From positions 71,903-135,902 of the forward strand of contig JAUSED010000003.1 in assembly GCA_030650425.1 (NCBI GenBank): a stretch of DNA of 64,000 nucleotides, written 5' to 3'. The translations under genes and the position numbers were made by a program. Shown one piece after another: positions 10,723 through 20,125 of the stretch (positions within the stretch are counted from its first letter, which is position 1; each line of letters opens with the position of its first letter). This stretch comes from Candidatus Omnitrophota bacterium. GTDB taxonomy: Bacteria > Omnitrophota > Gorgyraeia > Gygaellales > Profunditerraquicolaceae. The notes under the pieces are model-generated. The model made no database searches, was not told where the DNA came from, and saw only the letters and a program-made list of their open reading frames with translations.

Positions 10723-10923
10723 ATGGCGGAAGAAACGAAGAATCTTGACGCAAAGAAGGGCTTGGCTGCTTTTTTCAAAGTTATTTTGGGGCTTATTTTC
10801 CTAATATTAGGAGGAGCGGCTATTTTAAGCTGGTGGGGTTTTCTCCTTATGATCATTAAAGGATGCATCGGTTTGTTCTTGGTCTTGGCAGGGATAATCA
10901 CCTTGGCGATAGCTAAAGAATAA
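10723..10923 (+). CDS. Small two-TM membrane protein
   Basis: Strong SD 'gaggagg' 7 nt upstream of the ATG at 10723; hydrophobic 66 aa. Confidence 0.45.
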   Translation: MAEETKNLDAKKGLAAFFKVILGLIFLILGGAAILSWWGFLLMIIKGCIGLFLVLAGIITLAIAKE

Positions 10924-10929
10924 AAACAT

Positions 10930-11067
10930 GGGACCGTTTCTATCTTTCCAGGGTAGGTGCGCTCAGGGGACACTTTTCTCACAGCAGTAGGGGACACTTT
11001 CCTTTTGAAGTTCTAGTTAGAGCCCTGACGGAAAGTGTCCCCTTCAGGGGAAAATAGAAGCGTCCCC
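10930..11067. repeat. Nested-palindrome intergenic repeat element, copy B
   Basis: Shares an ~85-bp identical stretch with copy C (gctcaggggacacttttctcacagcagtaggggacactttcc...ggaaagtgtcccc); imperfect terminal IRs gggaccgtttctat / atagaagcgtcccc. Confidence 0.7.
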
Positions 11068-11088
11068 TTTTTGCTATCTTGACAAAGG

Positions 11089-11117
11089 TTATTGCCCGTG
11101 GTAATATATTTTTTATG
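11089..11117 (+). promoter_or_regulatory. Sigma70-like promoter TTGACA-17-TAATAT
   Basis: 'cttgacaaaggttattgcccgtggtaatat' upstream of the SD GAGGAGG and the ATG at 11130. Confidence 0.4.
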
Positions 11118-11129
11118 AGGAGGTGTACT

Positions 11130-11624
11130 ATGAGGATAAAAATAACCGTAATCTTAGTATTATCAATATTGGTAAGCGCCGGTTTAGCTTTAAGCGAGGA
11201 TAGCGCAGGGACTCAGGCAACAAGCGCTCCTGCCTTGCCGGAAAGCAGTGATTCCAGTACACAATGGGTCTGGGGCGAGGTTGTAAACGTAGATAGCCTT
11301 GGTAAGGCGTTTACGCTTAAATATCTTGATTATGAGACTGATCAGGAGAAGGAATTATCTCTGACCGTGGATGACGCGACCAGTTATCAGAATTTTAAAT
11401 CTTTAGATGATATTCAGCCAAAAGATAATTTAAGCATTGATTATATCGCCAAAGACGGTAAGAACATTGCTAAGAGTATAAGTCTCGAGAAAACCGAAAG
11501 CGCCTCCTTAGAGAATAAAACAGAGACAGACGCAGCTAGCCCGGAAGCTGTTCAACCAGCGGCTACTCCACAAGCAGGGAGTACCGGCGCAGAGAAGCCG
11601 GAAACATCTGCTCAAACTAATTAA
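11130..11624 (+). CDS. Secreted hypothetical protein with low-complexity C-terminus
   Basis: Signal peptide MRIKITVILVLSILVSAGLALS; SD GAGGAGG; start trimmed from 11079. Confidence 0.55.
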   Translation: MRIKITVILVLSILVSAGLALSEDSAGTQATSAPALPESSDSSTQWVWGEVVNVDSLGKAFTLKYLDYETDQEKELSLTVDDATSYQNFKSLDDIQPKDNLSIDYIAKDGKNIAKSISLEKTESASLENKTETDAASPEAVQPAATPQAGSTGAEKPETSAQTN

Positions 11625-11634
11625 TAAAAAGCTA

Positions 11635-11789
11635 GGGGACGGTTCTATTTTTTCCCGCTCAGGGGACACTTTTCTCACAGCAGTAGGGGACACTTTCCTT
11701 TTGAAGTTCTAGTTAGAGCCCTGACGGAAAGTGTCCCCTAGTTGTGAGTTAGGAAAGTGTCCCCTTCAGGGAAAAATAGAACCGTCCCC
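11635..11789. repeat. Nested-palindrome intergenic repeat element, copy C (most complete, perfect 18-bp TIRs)
   Basis: TIRs 'ggggacggttctattttt' / 'aaaaatagaaccgtcccc'; internal 4x GGGGACACTTTCC modules (2 forward, 2 reverse) around a 30-nt core. Confidence 0.7.
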
Positions 11790-11799
11790 ATTTATTCTG

Positions 11800-12507
11800 A
11801 TGAAACTTAAATGGTTTTTGATTACGGGATGCATTATTCCGGTTTTAGCCTTAACGGGCTGCGCGGTTTTGAAGAAGCCTGTCCAGCTGGTCGATCGATT
11901 TATCGGTTCTACCCTCTTTCCTCCTTATTCCGGCCCAAAGGCAAGCGTGGTCGTCGCTGATTTTGAGATCAAGACCGCTAATCTCACTACGGAGGTGAAC
12001 ACCGGATTACGCGATATGTTAATAGAAGGCCTAAATAAGACCAATCGTTTTTTAGCAGTCTCCGCGCCTAAAGATCACCTTGAAAATAACGCCGGATTAA
12101 TCATCGCGGTTGAAGTAACAAATTTTGATCCGCTGATATCAGGCGGGAGCGAAGGGGTTGGCGGCGGTGGAAGCGCTGCCAGCGGAACCCTGGGTTCTTT
12201 ATTGGGCGTGGTTACCAACAAATCAACCATAGTTTTGAATATCCGTGTTGTTGACGCGGCATCGTCGAAAGTATTATTTTCGGAGCGCCTTAGTGGACAG
12301 GGTGTCGATAGCGAAAGCCTGCGCCGGGGACGTCAGAATAAAGAGACTAGTTTAAATGAAAGCCTGTCTGCTTATGCCAATACGCCTATGGAAGAGGCGA
12401 TTGACAAATGTATTATGGAAGCCGTGAGGTATATCGCGCAGAAGGTTCCGGCAAACTATTATAGAGAGGATAAAAATGGGAAAGCGCAAACGCAGGGGAA
12501 AACTTAA
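11800..12507 (+). CDS. CsgG-family lipoprotein (curli production assembly/transport component-like)
   Basis: Lipobox 'ALTGC'; alignment by eye to CsgG blocks 'SGGSEGVGGGG...IVLNIRVVDAASSKVL'; start trimmed from 11731 (in the repeat) to the ATG at 11800. Confidence 0.5.
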   Translation: MKLKWFLITGCIIPVLALTGCAVLKKPVQLVDRFIGSTLFPPYSGPKASVVVADFEIKTANLTTEVNTGLRDMLIEGLNKTNRFLAVSAPKDHLENNAGLIIAVEVTNFDPLISGGSEGVGGGGSAASGTLGSLLGVVTNKSTIVLNIRVVDAASSKVLFSERLSGQGVDSESLRRGRQNKETSLNESLSAYANTPMEEAIDKCIMEAVRYIAQKVPANYYREDKNGKAQTQGKT

Positions 12508-12578
12508 TTGGCGTTCCAAGAAGGCTAACAAGGGGAGAAGGCCTAATTTAGGTTAACAAGCCGATTCCTCAAGCTATT

Positions 12579-13319
12579 ATGGTATTGGGTTGGATACTTC
12601 TAAGTACTTTTTTTGTCAGTATTATTTCGCTCGCCGGCGTACTTACCATAGCGATAAAAGACGAGCTGCTGCATAAGATTATCTTTTGCTTTATCGGTTT
12701 TTCCGCCGGAGCGCTTATCGGCAGCGCTTTCCTGCACATCTTGCCGGAGTCTTTAGAAAAAACCAATAGCACCGCTGTTTTCTATTATCTTATCCTGGGT
12801 TTAACCCTATTCTTTCTATTAGAGAGATATCTTCATTGGCGGCACTGCCACGATAAAGACTGCCAAGTCCACGCCTTTACTTACCTGAACCTTTTCGGAG
12901 AGGCTTTCCATAATTTTATTGACGGTATCGCTATCGCCGCGAGTTTCATTATTTCTGTCAAACTGGGGATTGCCACAACCTTAGCGATTATCCTGCACGA
13001 GATCCCTAAGGAATTGGGGAATTTCGGAGTGCTTATTTACGGAGGATTTTCGCGGGGAAGGGCTTTGTTCTATAATTTTATTTCGGCTTTAATGGCGATC
13101 ATCGGCGCGCTAATCGGGTATTTTATAGCTGACTTCGCGCATGGTTTCTCTAATTTTATTATGCCGATGACCGCCGGCGGATTTATTTATATCGCCGCCT
13201 CCGACCTTATCCCGGAGATACATAAAGAGAAGGACCAGAAGCGCGCCACCCTCGCATTTATCTCTTTCTTGTTCGGAGTTGTATTTATGGCATTAGCCAA
13301 GATTTTACTGAAGGATTAA
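12579..13319 (+). CDS. ZIP family metal (zinc) transporter
   Basis: 'HNFIDGIAIAASF' and 'HEIPKELGNFGVL' ZIP signatures; 8 TM. Confidence 0.8.
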   Translation: MVLGWILLSTFFVSIISLAGVLTIAIKDELLHKIIFCFIGFSAGALIGSAFLHILPESLEKTNSTAVFYYLILGLTLFFLLERYLHWRHCHDKDCQVHAFTYLNLFGEAFHNFIDGIAIAASFIISVKLGIATTLAIILHEIPKELGNFGVLIYGGFSRGRALFYNFISALMAIIGALIGYFIADFAHGFSNFIMPMTAGGFIYIAASDLIPEIHKEKDQKRATLAFISFLFGVVFMALAKILLKD

Positions 13320-13324
13320 CAATT

Positions 13325-14320
13325 ATGAAAGCGATTGCTTTGATTTCTGGTGGTTTAGACAGTATCCTGGCTGCAAGGATAATTAAGGAGCAGGGTATTG
13401 AAGTATTACCTTTAAATTTTAAGATCCCTTTTTGCCCCCGTAAAAAAGCGGGTTCACCCGATAATGGCATAAGTTCCTTAGTAAAACGGAATTTGAGCGA
13501 AGAACTTAAAGTGGTTGATATAAGCGCTGATTTTTTGGGATTGCTTTTGGAGCCTAAGTATGGGTTTGGTTCAAATATGAATCCTTGCATAGACTGTAAG
13601 ATTTTTATGCTAAGCAAGGCCAGGGAATTACTCCAGATAATGGGGGCGCAATTTGTGGTTACCGGAGAGGTGCTCGGCCAGAGGCCGATGTCCCAGCATA
13701 GAAGGGCACTCAATCTTATTGAAAAAGAGAGCGGCTTAACCGGATTATTGCTCAGGCCTTTGTGCGCCGGGTTATTGCCGAAAACCCTCCCGGAAAAAGA
13801 GGGTTGGGTTAAGCGCGAGAGATTATTTAAATTCAGCGGAAGGACCCGCCGGCCGCAAATGGACTTAGCTCAGGAGTTCAAGATGGAGCATTATCCTAAC
13901 GCCGCGGGAGGGTGCCTCTTAACCGATCCCGGATTCTCCGTCAGGCTCAAAGACCTGATTAAGCATCAGGCCTTTAGCCTGGAAAATATAGGATTATTAA
14001 AGATTGGGAGGCATTTTAGATTGGCCGAGAACGCGAAATTAATCGTCGGACGTAACGAAGAGGAGAATAAAGAATTAGAGGCAGTTAGCGCTTGCGGAGA
14101 CTATTTATTTATGCCGGATGAAGAGACAGCCGGGCCTACCTGTCTTGGCAGGGGTGAATTCGATGATCAGCTGATAAAGTTTTCTGCTCAAATAGTCTGC
14201 CATTATTGTGATTTAAATGGCGCTGTAGGCGCTGAAATAATTTATACCCATCAGGGAGTATCCTATTCCGCGCAGGCCGCGCCTATTGCCGAAAACAGAT
14301 TAACGAGCTTGAGAATATGA
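13325..14320 (+). CDS. PP-loop ATPase, ThiI-like sulfurtransferase family lacking a THUMP domain
   Basis: 'SGGLDS' PP-loop; 'VTGEVLGQRPMSQ' ThiI-like block; CxxC 'NPCIDCK'. Confidence 0.5.
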   Translation: MKAIALISGGLDSILAARIIKEQGIEVLPLNFKIPFCPRKKAGSPDNGISSLVKRNLSEELKVVDISADFLGLLLEPKYGFGSNMNPCIDCKIFMLSKARELLQIMGAQFVVTGEVLGQRPMSQHRRALNLIEKESGLTGLLLRPLCAGLLPKTLPEKEGWVKRERLFKFSGRTRRPQMDLAQEFKMEHYPNAAGGCLLTDPGFSVRLKDLIKHQAFSLENIGLLKIGRHFRLAENAKLIVGRNEEENKELEAVSACGDYLFMPDEETAGPTCLGRGEFDDQLIKFSAQIVCHYCDLNGAVGAEIIYTHQGVSYSAQAAPIAENRLTSLRI

Positions 14321-15330
14321 AAGAAGCGTTTCTTTATGAAAAATTAACTAAAAAAATAGTTCATTGTTATCTCTGCAGCCATCATTGTAGAATCGCCAAT
14401 CGTAAATTCGGCTTTTGCGGGGTAAGGGAGAATGTGGAAGGGACTTTATATACTCATGCCTATGGTAATGTTGTCGCGGCGCAGGTCGATCCGATTGAGA
14501 AAAAACCGTTGTATCATTTCCTGCCCGGATCTAAAAGTTTTTCCATAGCGGCCTTAGGTTGTAATTTCCGTTGCTCTTTCTGCCAGAACTGGGAAATTTC
14601 CCAGCAGCCAAATAAATCCGGCGCTAATTTACAAGAAGAGGAATTTCTTCCTGCTGATATAGCAGAGGAAGCCCTTAAGAATGACTGTCAAAGTATCTCC
14701 TATACTTATACTGAGCCGACCATCTTTTTTGAATACGCTTATGAAACTGCGCAGGCAGCCAAAGAAAGCGGTTTATGTAACATTTTTGTCACTAACGGAT
14801 ATATGACTAAAGAATGTATTACCATGATTAAACCTTATTTAGATGCCGCCAATATCGACCTTAAATTTTTTAATGACGCAAGCTATCAAAAGAACTGCGC
14901 GGGGAGGCTGAAACCGGTATTGGATTCTATCCGGTTGATGAAAGAGCTTGGTATTTGGGTAGAGGTAACTACTTTGGTGATTCCCGGGGAGAATGACTCT
15001 GAAGCCGAGTTGTCCGGGATAGCCGATTTTCTCGCCGGAGTGGATAAGGCTATGCCTTGGCATATTTCGCGTTTTCATCCTGATTATAAATTCCGTAAAT
15101 ACGGGCTTACTCCCGAAGATACACTTAAAAAGGCCTACTCTATCGGGGTTAAGGCGGGACTGGATTTTATCTATATAGGTAATGTCAGCGGCTGGGGGAA
15201 TGATACGCTTTGCCCTAGCTGCAAAAAAATATTAATTAAAAGGGAATATTTTAATATTTTGGAGTATAATATCCAAGAAAATAAGTGCATTTATTGCCAA
15301 AAAGAGGTACCGGGAGTATTCAAGGGTTAG
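14317..15330 (+). CDS. amrS: AmmeMemoRadiSam-system radical SAM enzyme
   Basis: N-terminal Cys cluster 'CYLCSHHCRI..FCGVREN' and radical-SAM 'CNFRCSFCQNW'; ATGA overlap with the upstream gene. Confidence 0.75.
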   Translation: MKEAFLYEKLTKKIVHCYLCSHHCRIANRKFGFCGVRENVEGTLYTHAYGNVVAAQVDPIEKKPLYHFLPGSKSFSIAALGCNFRCSFCQNWEISQQPNKSGANLQEEEFLPADIAEEALKNDCQSISYTYTEPTIFFEYAYETAQAAKESGLCNIFVTNGYMTKECITMIKPYLDAANIDLKFFNDASYQKNCAGRLKPVLDSIRLMKELGIWVEVTTLVIPGENDSEAELSGIADFLAGVDKAMPWHISRFHPDYKFRKYGLTPEDTLKKAYSIGVKAGLDFIYIGNVSGWGNDTLCPSCKKILIKREYFNILEYNIQENKCIYCQKEVPGVFKG

Positions 15331-15331
15331 A

Positions 15332-15994
15332 ATGAAGATCATCAATCCGGAAAAGTGCGTTGTTTTCTTTGATTTTGATAATACTATTGCTACCTGCGAT
15401 GTGTTTGATAGTATGCTGCCCCGTTTTTCTCAAGATGACCTATGGGTAAAACTAGAGAAGGACTGGCAGAAGGGGAAGATCGGCTCGCATGCCTGCCTTG
15501 AGGGCCAGATTAGCGGAATCAGCATCACCAAGCAGGCGCTGGATAAATATTTAGCCGGTATAAAATTAGACCCTTACTTTAAAAAAATAGTAACGTCGCT
15601 ATCCGCCAGTAAAGTACAGGTGATCGTATTAAGCGATAATTTTGATTATATCTTAAAGCGCATATTAGGCTTTAACTCCATCAGGAATTTAAAGGTTTAT
15701 TCCAATAAGTTAAAATTTACCGAAGATAAACTCATTCCTTACTTTCCATTCAAGAGCAAGAAGTGCCAGGTATGCGCCCATTGCAAGACAAAAAATCTCT
15801 TGGCAAACGTAACCCCGGATTCTATAATAATCTATGTAGGAGACGGCCGTTCGGATATCTGTCCGTCACAGTACGCGGACCTGGTATTTGCCAAAGACTC
15901 TCTCTTAAAGTATTTTCAGGATAAGAAACTTACCTGTTTTGCTTACGAGTCTTTAAAAGACGTTTATACTTATTTTAAAAGGAGTTTTGTGTGA
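15332..15994 (+). CDS. HAD-IB family phosphatase (MtnX/phosphoserine phosphatase-like)
   Basis: 'FFDFDNTIATCD' DxDxT motif; 'GDGRSD' motif IV. Confidence 0.6.
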   Translation: MKIINPEKCVVFFDFDNTIATCDVFDSMLPRFSQDDLWVKLEKDWQKGKIGSHACLEGQISGISITKQALDKYLAGIKLDPYFKKIVTSLSASKVQVIVLSDNFDYILKRILGFNSIRNLKVYSNKLKFTEDKLIPYFPFKSKKCQVCAHCKTKNLLANVTPDSIIIYVGDGRSDICPSQYADLVFAKDSLLKYFQDKKLTCFAYESLKDVYTYFKRSFV

Positions 15995-17412
15995 ACCAGA
16001 AACTGGCGAGTAAAAAACCCAAAATCGATAATAAAGTTCCGGCTCCTTCAAACGAACTCTTGGAATTGGAAGCAAAATATTGTTCTTGGGGGGATACGGT
16101 GCATTACGCGGATAAACTTAATATATTCAAGGCCGCTGATGGCAGTTTTTTATATGACAAGGCCGGCGTTGAGTTCCTGGATTTACAGATGTGGTACTCC
16201 GCGGTTAATTTTGGATACAGGAATAAGCGCCTGAATACCGCCCTTAAAGAACAGATTGATACCCTGCCGCAATTGGCCTGTCAGTATTTGCACGAAGAGA
16301 AAATTCAATTGGCTGCCAAAATCAGCCGTAGGAACGAAATGACCTTTGAGGAGAAGGGGAGAGTGCATTTTAATGTCGGCGGTTCGTCAGCCTTAGAGGA
16401 TTCGTTAAAGCTGGTGAGGAATCATTCGGGCCGCAGCCTGGTTTTTGCTTTTATGGGCGGTTACCACGGCAGGACCCTGGCAGCTTCGGCAATTACCTCA
16501 AGTTTTCGCTATAGAGAGCGCTTTGGGCATTTCGGAGACAGGGCGAACTTTGTGCCGTTTCCTTATTGTTTTCGCTGCCCGTATGATAAAAAGAAAGATT
16601 TTTGCGACCTCTACTGCTTAAAGCAATTCGAAAGGTTGTTTGAAACAGAATATTATTCGATCGTCAATAAGAAGACGAATAAGTGCGAATTTTCCGCTTT
16701 TTACGTTGAAGCAGTGCAGGGGACCGGCGGCTACATCATTCCGCCGCAGGAGTATTTCTCAGGTTTAAAAGAAATCCTGGATAGATACGGCATACTCTTG
16801 GTGGATGACGAAATACAGATGGGATTCTTTAGGACCGGAAAATTCTGGGCTATAGAACATTTCAACGTTACTCCTGACATAATTGTCTTTGGGAAGGCCC
16901 TGACCAACGGCCTGAATCCCATTTCCGGGATTTGGGCAAAAGAAAAATTCATTTCTCCGGATGTCTTTCCGCCGGGATCCACCCATGCTACATTCTCTTC
17001 CAATCCCTTAGGTACGGCAGTAGGTTTAGAGGTAATGAAAGTGATAGAAGAGTCTAACTTTAGCGTGGATATCCCTGAAAAGGGCCGATATTTTCTTAAC
17101 CGTTTTAAGAAACTGCAAAAGAAGTACCCACAGATAGGCGACGTTGACGGTTTGGGGATGGCTATACGCGTGGAGATGTGCGAAAAGGATGGTTACACCC
17201 CGAGCAAAGAGCTGGCCGACAGGATAGTGGATTTAGGCCTGAGCGGAGATCTTAGTGTGGGCGGGAAAAAGCGCGGCCTGATTTTAGATATCGGCGGTTA
17301 TTACAAAAATGTCTTTACCATGGCGCCCTCTTTCTATATTAGCGAAAAAGAGATCGACCTTGGAGTTGATCTCTTTGAAGAAGCGCTCTCTAAAGCGTTA
17401 AAGCAATCTTAA
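15991..17412 (+). CDS. Class III (omega) PLP-dependent aminotransferase
   Basis: 'LLVDDEIQMGFFRTGKFWA' and 'VFGKALTNG' (PLP lysine); GTG start with SD AAAGGAG. Confidence 0.8.
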   Translation: MNQKLASKKPKIDNKVPAPSNELLELEAKYCSWGDTVHYADKLNIFKAADGSFLYDKAGVEFLDLQMWYSAVNFGYRNKRLNTALKEQIDTLPQLACQYLHEEKIQLAAKISRRNEMTFEEKGRVHFNVGGSSALEDSLKLVRNHSGRSLVFAFMGGYHGRTLAASAITSSFRYRERFGHFGDRANFVPFPYCFRCPYDKKKDFCDLYCLKQFERLFETEYYSIVNKKTNKCEFSAFYVEAVQGTGGYIIPPQEYFSGLKEILDRYGILLVDDEIQMGFFRTGKFWAIEHFNVTPDIIVFGKALTNGLNPISGIWAKEKFISPDVFPPGSTHATFSSNPLGTAVGLEVMKVIEESNFSVDIPEKGRYFLNRFKKLQKKYPQIGDVDGLGMAIRVEMCEKDGYTPSKELADRIVDLGLSGDLSVGGKKRGLILDIGGYYKNVFTMAPSFYISEKEIDLGVDLFEEALSKALKQS

Positions 17413-17430
17413 AAAAATATTCCCTTCTTT

Positions 17431-18360
17431 ATGCTTGAGCCGCCTATCCGCGTTTTGGATTTTGATGGCAGCGTTATAAAACAGCATAATCTCTTATCGC
17501 AATATCCGCACCAGATTATCGCCTTAAAAGACATGGCTCCCGGAGCCCGCCTATGGATGAATAAACGCGTCAAGCGCGCTATTTTGGAGCGCCTAAGGCA
17601 AACCCGGAAAAATTGCGTTACTTTTCTTGGTTCCGGAGATTTTCATCACCTTAGCCTGCTTCTTTTAGAACAATTCCAAGAGCCAATCTCGCTGATCACT
17701 TTTGATTTTCATCCTGATTGGGATATTTTACCTCCACGGCTGGCCTGTGGTTCTTGGGTAACCCAAGCCCTCAAGAAAAAGAATATCCTTAAATGCGCGC
17801 TGATCGGCGTATCCAGCGATGATCTTTCCTGGCCTGGGATACAAAGCGCCAACTTAGCCTGCCTTAAGCATAATCGATTGGAAATTTACCCCTATGTTCA
17901 CGCGCCTTCAGCGGTTTTCTTGAGAAGGGTCCCGCAGAATATTTCTTTAAAGGCGAGGCCATCTTTCCTGAGCGCTAAGATTTATTGGGAAGAGCTAAAA
18001 AGCAAAAACCTGGAGGATTTTTTCCGTTCGTTGATTAGGCGCCTGCCCGCGGAAAAGGTGTATCTTTCTATTGATAAAGACTGTCTGCGGAATGAATTTG
18101 CTTTAACTAATTGGGAAGAGGGTAAGTTAGCGCTGGATGAGCTTATTCTAATGCTCAGGCTGATCAAAGAGAATCTGGAGATAGTCGGTTTGGATATTAG
18201 CGGAGATTATTCCAAGATTGCTCCATCCGGTTTATTTAAGGATTTGATTTCGCGCTTTGACCATCCCCATAAAGTTGAGGCGGATAAAATTTCCGGGGAA
18301 GAGATAACTAGGGTTAACCAATCAACTAATCTTAAAATACTGGAAACTATTTTTAGTTAA
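17431..18360 (+). CDS. Arginase/agmatinase/formiminoglutamase-fold (ureohydrolase) family protein, divergent
   Basis: Degenerate metal motifs 'GSGDFHHLS', 'DFHPDWD', 'SIDKDCL' in canonical order. Confidence 0.45.
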   Translation: MLEPPIRVLDFDGSVIKQHNLLSQYPHQIIALKDMAPGARLWMNKRVKRAILERLRQTRKNCVTFLGSGDFHHLSLLLLEQFQEPISLITFDFHPDWDILPPRLACGSWVTQALKKKNILKCALIGVSSDDLSWPGIQSANLACLKHNRLEIYPYVHAPSAVFLRRVPQNISLKARPSFLSAKIYWEELKSKNLEDFFRSLIRRLPAEKVYLSIDKDCLRNEFALTNWEEGKLALDELILMLRLIKENLEIVGLDISGDYSKIAPSGLFKDLISRFDHPHKVEADKISGEEITRVNQSTNLKILETIFS

Positions 18361-19582
18361 GCCGCACCTGTTTTTTTATTTCTTCGATTACAGATAAGGC
18401 CTCTTTTTGAGTCAAGAAAGTGCTGGTGGTTAAGGTAATATGGTGTTTAGCAATGAGCCGCGCGTTTGGGCAGTCTTGAGCGCCAACCGTATTTCTTAGG
18501 TAATCATAATCCGTGATTGCCGAAAGGTAAATTTGCGATATCCCCAGACCGGAATTCATTAAGCTGTTAAACGCCCGCCGGCGTTTTAATTCGTCGTCGA
18601 AAACTAAAGTTAAATAAGGATAATTTGGCTTGGAATGCTTAAGGCCGGTAATCAATTTTATTCCCGGCAGGTCTTTAAGCTCGGTTATATAAGTGGAAGC
18701 GATTTGCCTTTGCTTGGCGATTTCCCTCTCTATGCGGTTAAACATAACATGGCCAATTTTTTTTCTTATACCAGATACCTTGTGCACGGGAAAGGTAACC
18801 TCGAAATATTCAATAAACGCCTTTTCCATTTTACCCTGCATCTGCCAGAAAATCTGCGGGAGCCTGAAGACAAACCAAAATAGGAGCGGCCGGTAAAAAA
18901 TCCAGTATCCAAATAACTCCAGGATTTTCAGGAGTTCGGCAAGCGGCGCGGTTTTTACAACTCGCTTTATTACACTCTCGATTGCCGGCGCGAATTCAGC
19001 CTTACTTGTGATCACTCCCCCCTCGTAGATAGTCAGGCCTTTACCGCGGCAGAGGCTGTAAAAAGCAAAATCACCGAAGCTGCCGGTTTTTTTGCCCTGG
19101 TACTGGGCCCCCAAACTTTGCGCGCAGTCTTCAATAATGAATATTTTATTTTCCCGGGTTATTTTTTGTATAGCCTGAAAATCCAAAGGTATACCGGCAA
19201 GATGCACGGCTACAATCGCCAGAATGTCGTTATTATTTGAACACATTTCAACTAGTTGATTAATCTGAAAATTGAAGTCATCCTGATTTATATCGCAAAC
19301 CAGGACTTTTAATCCCGCCCTTTGTATGGCTAACGGGATAAGCGGGCAGATAAAAGAAGGGATAATCACGTTTTTCTTAAGGGATAGGCTTTTTAAGGAT
19401 TCTAGTATGATATAGAAAGCAGCTGTGCCGGAATTAGTTACGCTAGCGTAAGTTACGCCTAGATAGTTTTTGAAGTCTTCTTCTAAAGAGCCGGATCGGC
19501 CTCTGTTCAAAAAGGCTAAAAACCAATCTTTAGCATAGATAGGCAGGCCTGCAGTGGGTGGTATCTGGCGAAATAAACTCAT
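18353..19582 (-). CDS. DegT/DnrJ/EryC1/StrS (ArnB-like) sugar aminotransferase
   Basis: 'IIEDCAQSLGAQYQGKKTGSFGDFAFYSLCRGKGL' with PLP lysine context. Confidence 0.8.
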   Translation of the reverse strand: MSLFRQIPPTAGLPIYAKDWFLAFLNRGRSGSLEEDFKNYLGVTYASVTNSGTAAFYIILESLKSLSLKKNVIIPSFICPLIPLAIQRAGLKVLVCDINQDDFNFQINQLVEMCSNNNDILAIVAVHLAGIPLDFQAIQKITRENKIFIIEDCAQSLGAQYQGKKTGSFGDFAFYSLCRGKGLTIYEGGVITSKAEFAPAIESVIKRVVKTAPLAELLKILELFGYWIFYRPLLFWFVFRLPQIFWQMQGKMEKAFIEYFEVTFPVHKVSGIRKKIGHVMFNRIEREIAKQRQIASTYITELKDLPGIKLITGLKHSKPNYPYLTLVFDDELKRRRAFNSLMNSGLGISQIYLSAITDYDYLRNTVGAQDCPNARLIAKHHITLTTSTFLTQKEALSVIEEIKKQVRLN

Positions 19583-19702
19583 TTCATAAACTCATTTTAT
19601 TTTAGTAATGTTAACTATTCTATGCTAAAATATCCCATATTTCAAGTTACTTAATATGCCCATCTACACCGCGTAGGTGTACGCGGGTTGCGTTAGAGAA
19701 TA

Positions 19703-20125
19703 ATGAATATGTTTAAGAAGAGGCTTACCCTAAAAATATTATTTTTTCTTATCTCTACTGATTTTCTGGAGACATTCACCCACCTCTGTTTCAAAAAAAG
19801 CGCCCTGATTGAAAACGAAGTCGTCATCACCAAAGTATCCGATGCCGTCTCTTTTCTGATGGTTGTTTTTTCATCTCCCTTTTTGTGGGTAGGGCTTTTA
19901 TCCGTGTTAGCGACATTTATTATCTGGTCGAGCTTACTCTCTAAGATTGACTTAAGTGTGGCAGTGCCCATATGCAGTTTTAGCTATATCCTCATCCCTT
20001 TAGCTTCCATTTTTTTCCTGCATGAAAAAGTAAGCCTTTTCAGGTGGTCAGGGGTATTATTCATACTCTTGGGGGTGGTCTTTGTTTCTTTAAGCGCCTC
20101 AGAGAAGGAGCGCAGCCCGGAATGA
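19703..20125 (+). CDS. Small EamA/SMR-like 4-TM membrane protein, ArnE/ArnF-like flippase subunit
   Basis: ~140 aa, four hydrophobic helices; divergent from degT. Confidence 0.5.
   Translation: MNMFKKRLTLKILFFLISTDFLETFTHLCFKKSALIENEVVITKVSDAVSFLMVVFSSPFLWVGLLSVLATFIIWSSLLSKIDLSVAVPICSFSYILIPLASIFFLHEKVSLFRWSGVLFILLGVVFVSLSASEKERSPE

Noticed and set aside
10638-10997. 119-aa minus-strand ORF starting MSPTAVRKVSPE
   Set aside because: It starts inside repeat copy B and overlaps the LpxL-family and small-membrane genes. A second ORF (11508-11693) begins with the same peptide because it starts in repeat copy C. Both are artefacts of the repeat.
11508-11693. 61-aa minus-strand ORF MSPTAVRKVSPER
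   Set aside because: Same repeat-derived artefact. It overlaps the secreted-protein gene.
6527-11789. Possible CRISPR array
   Set aside because: The repeat units are not regularly spaced. The copies are >100 bp long, are separated by genes, and there is no cas gene.
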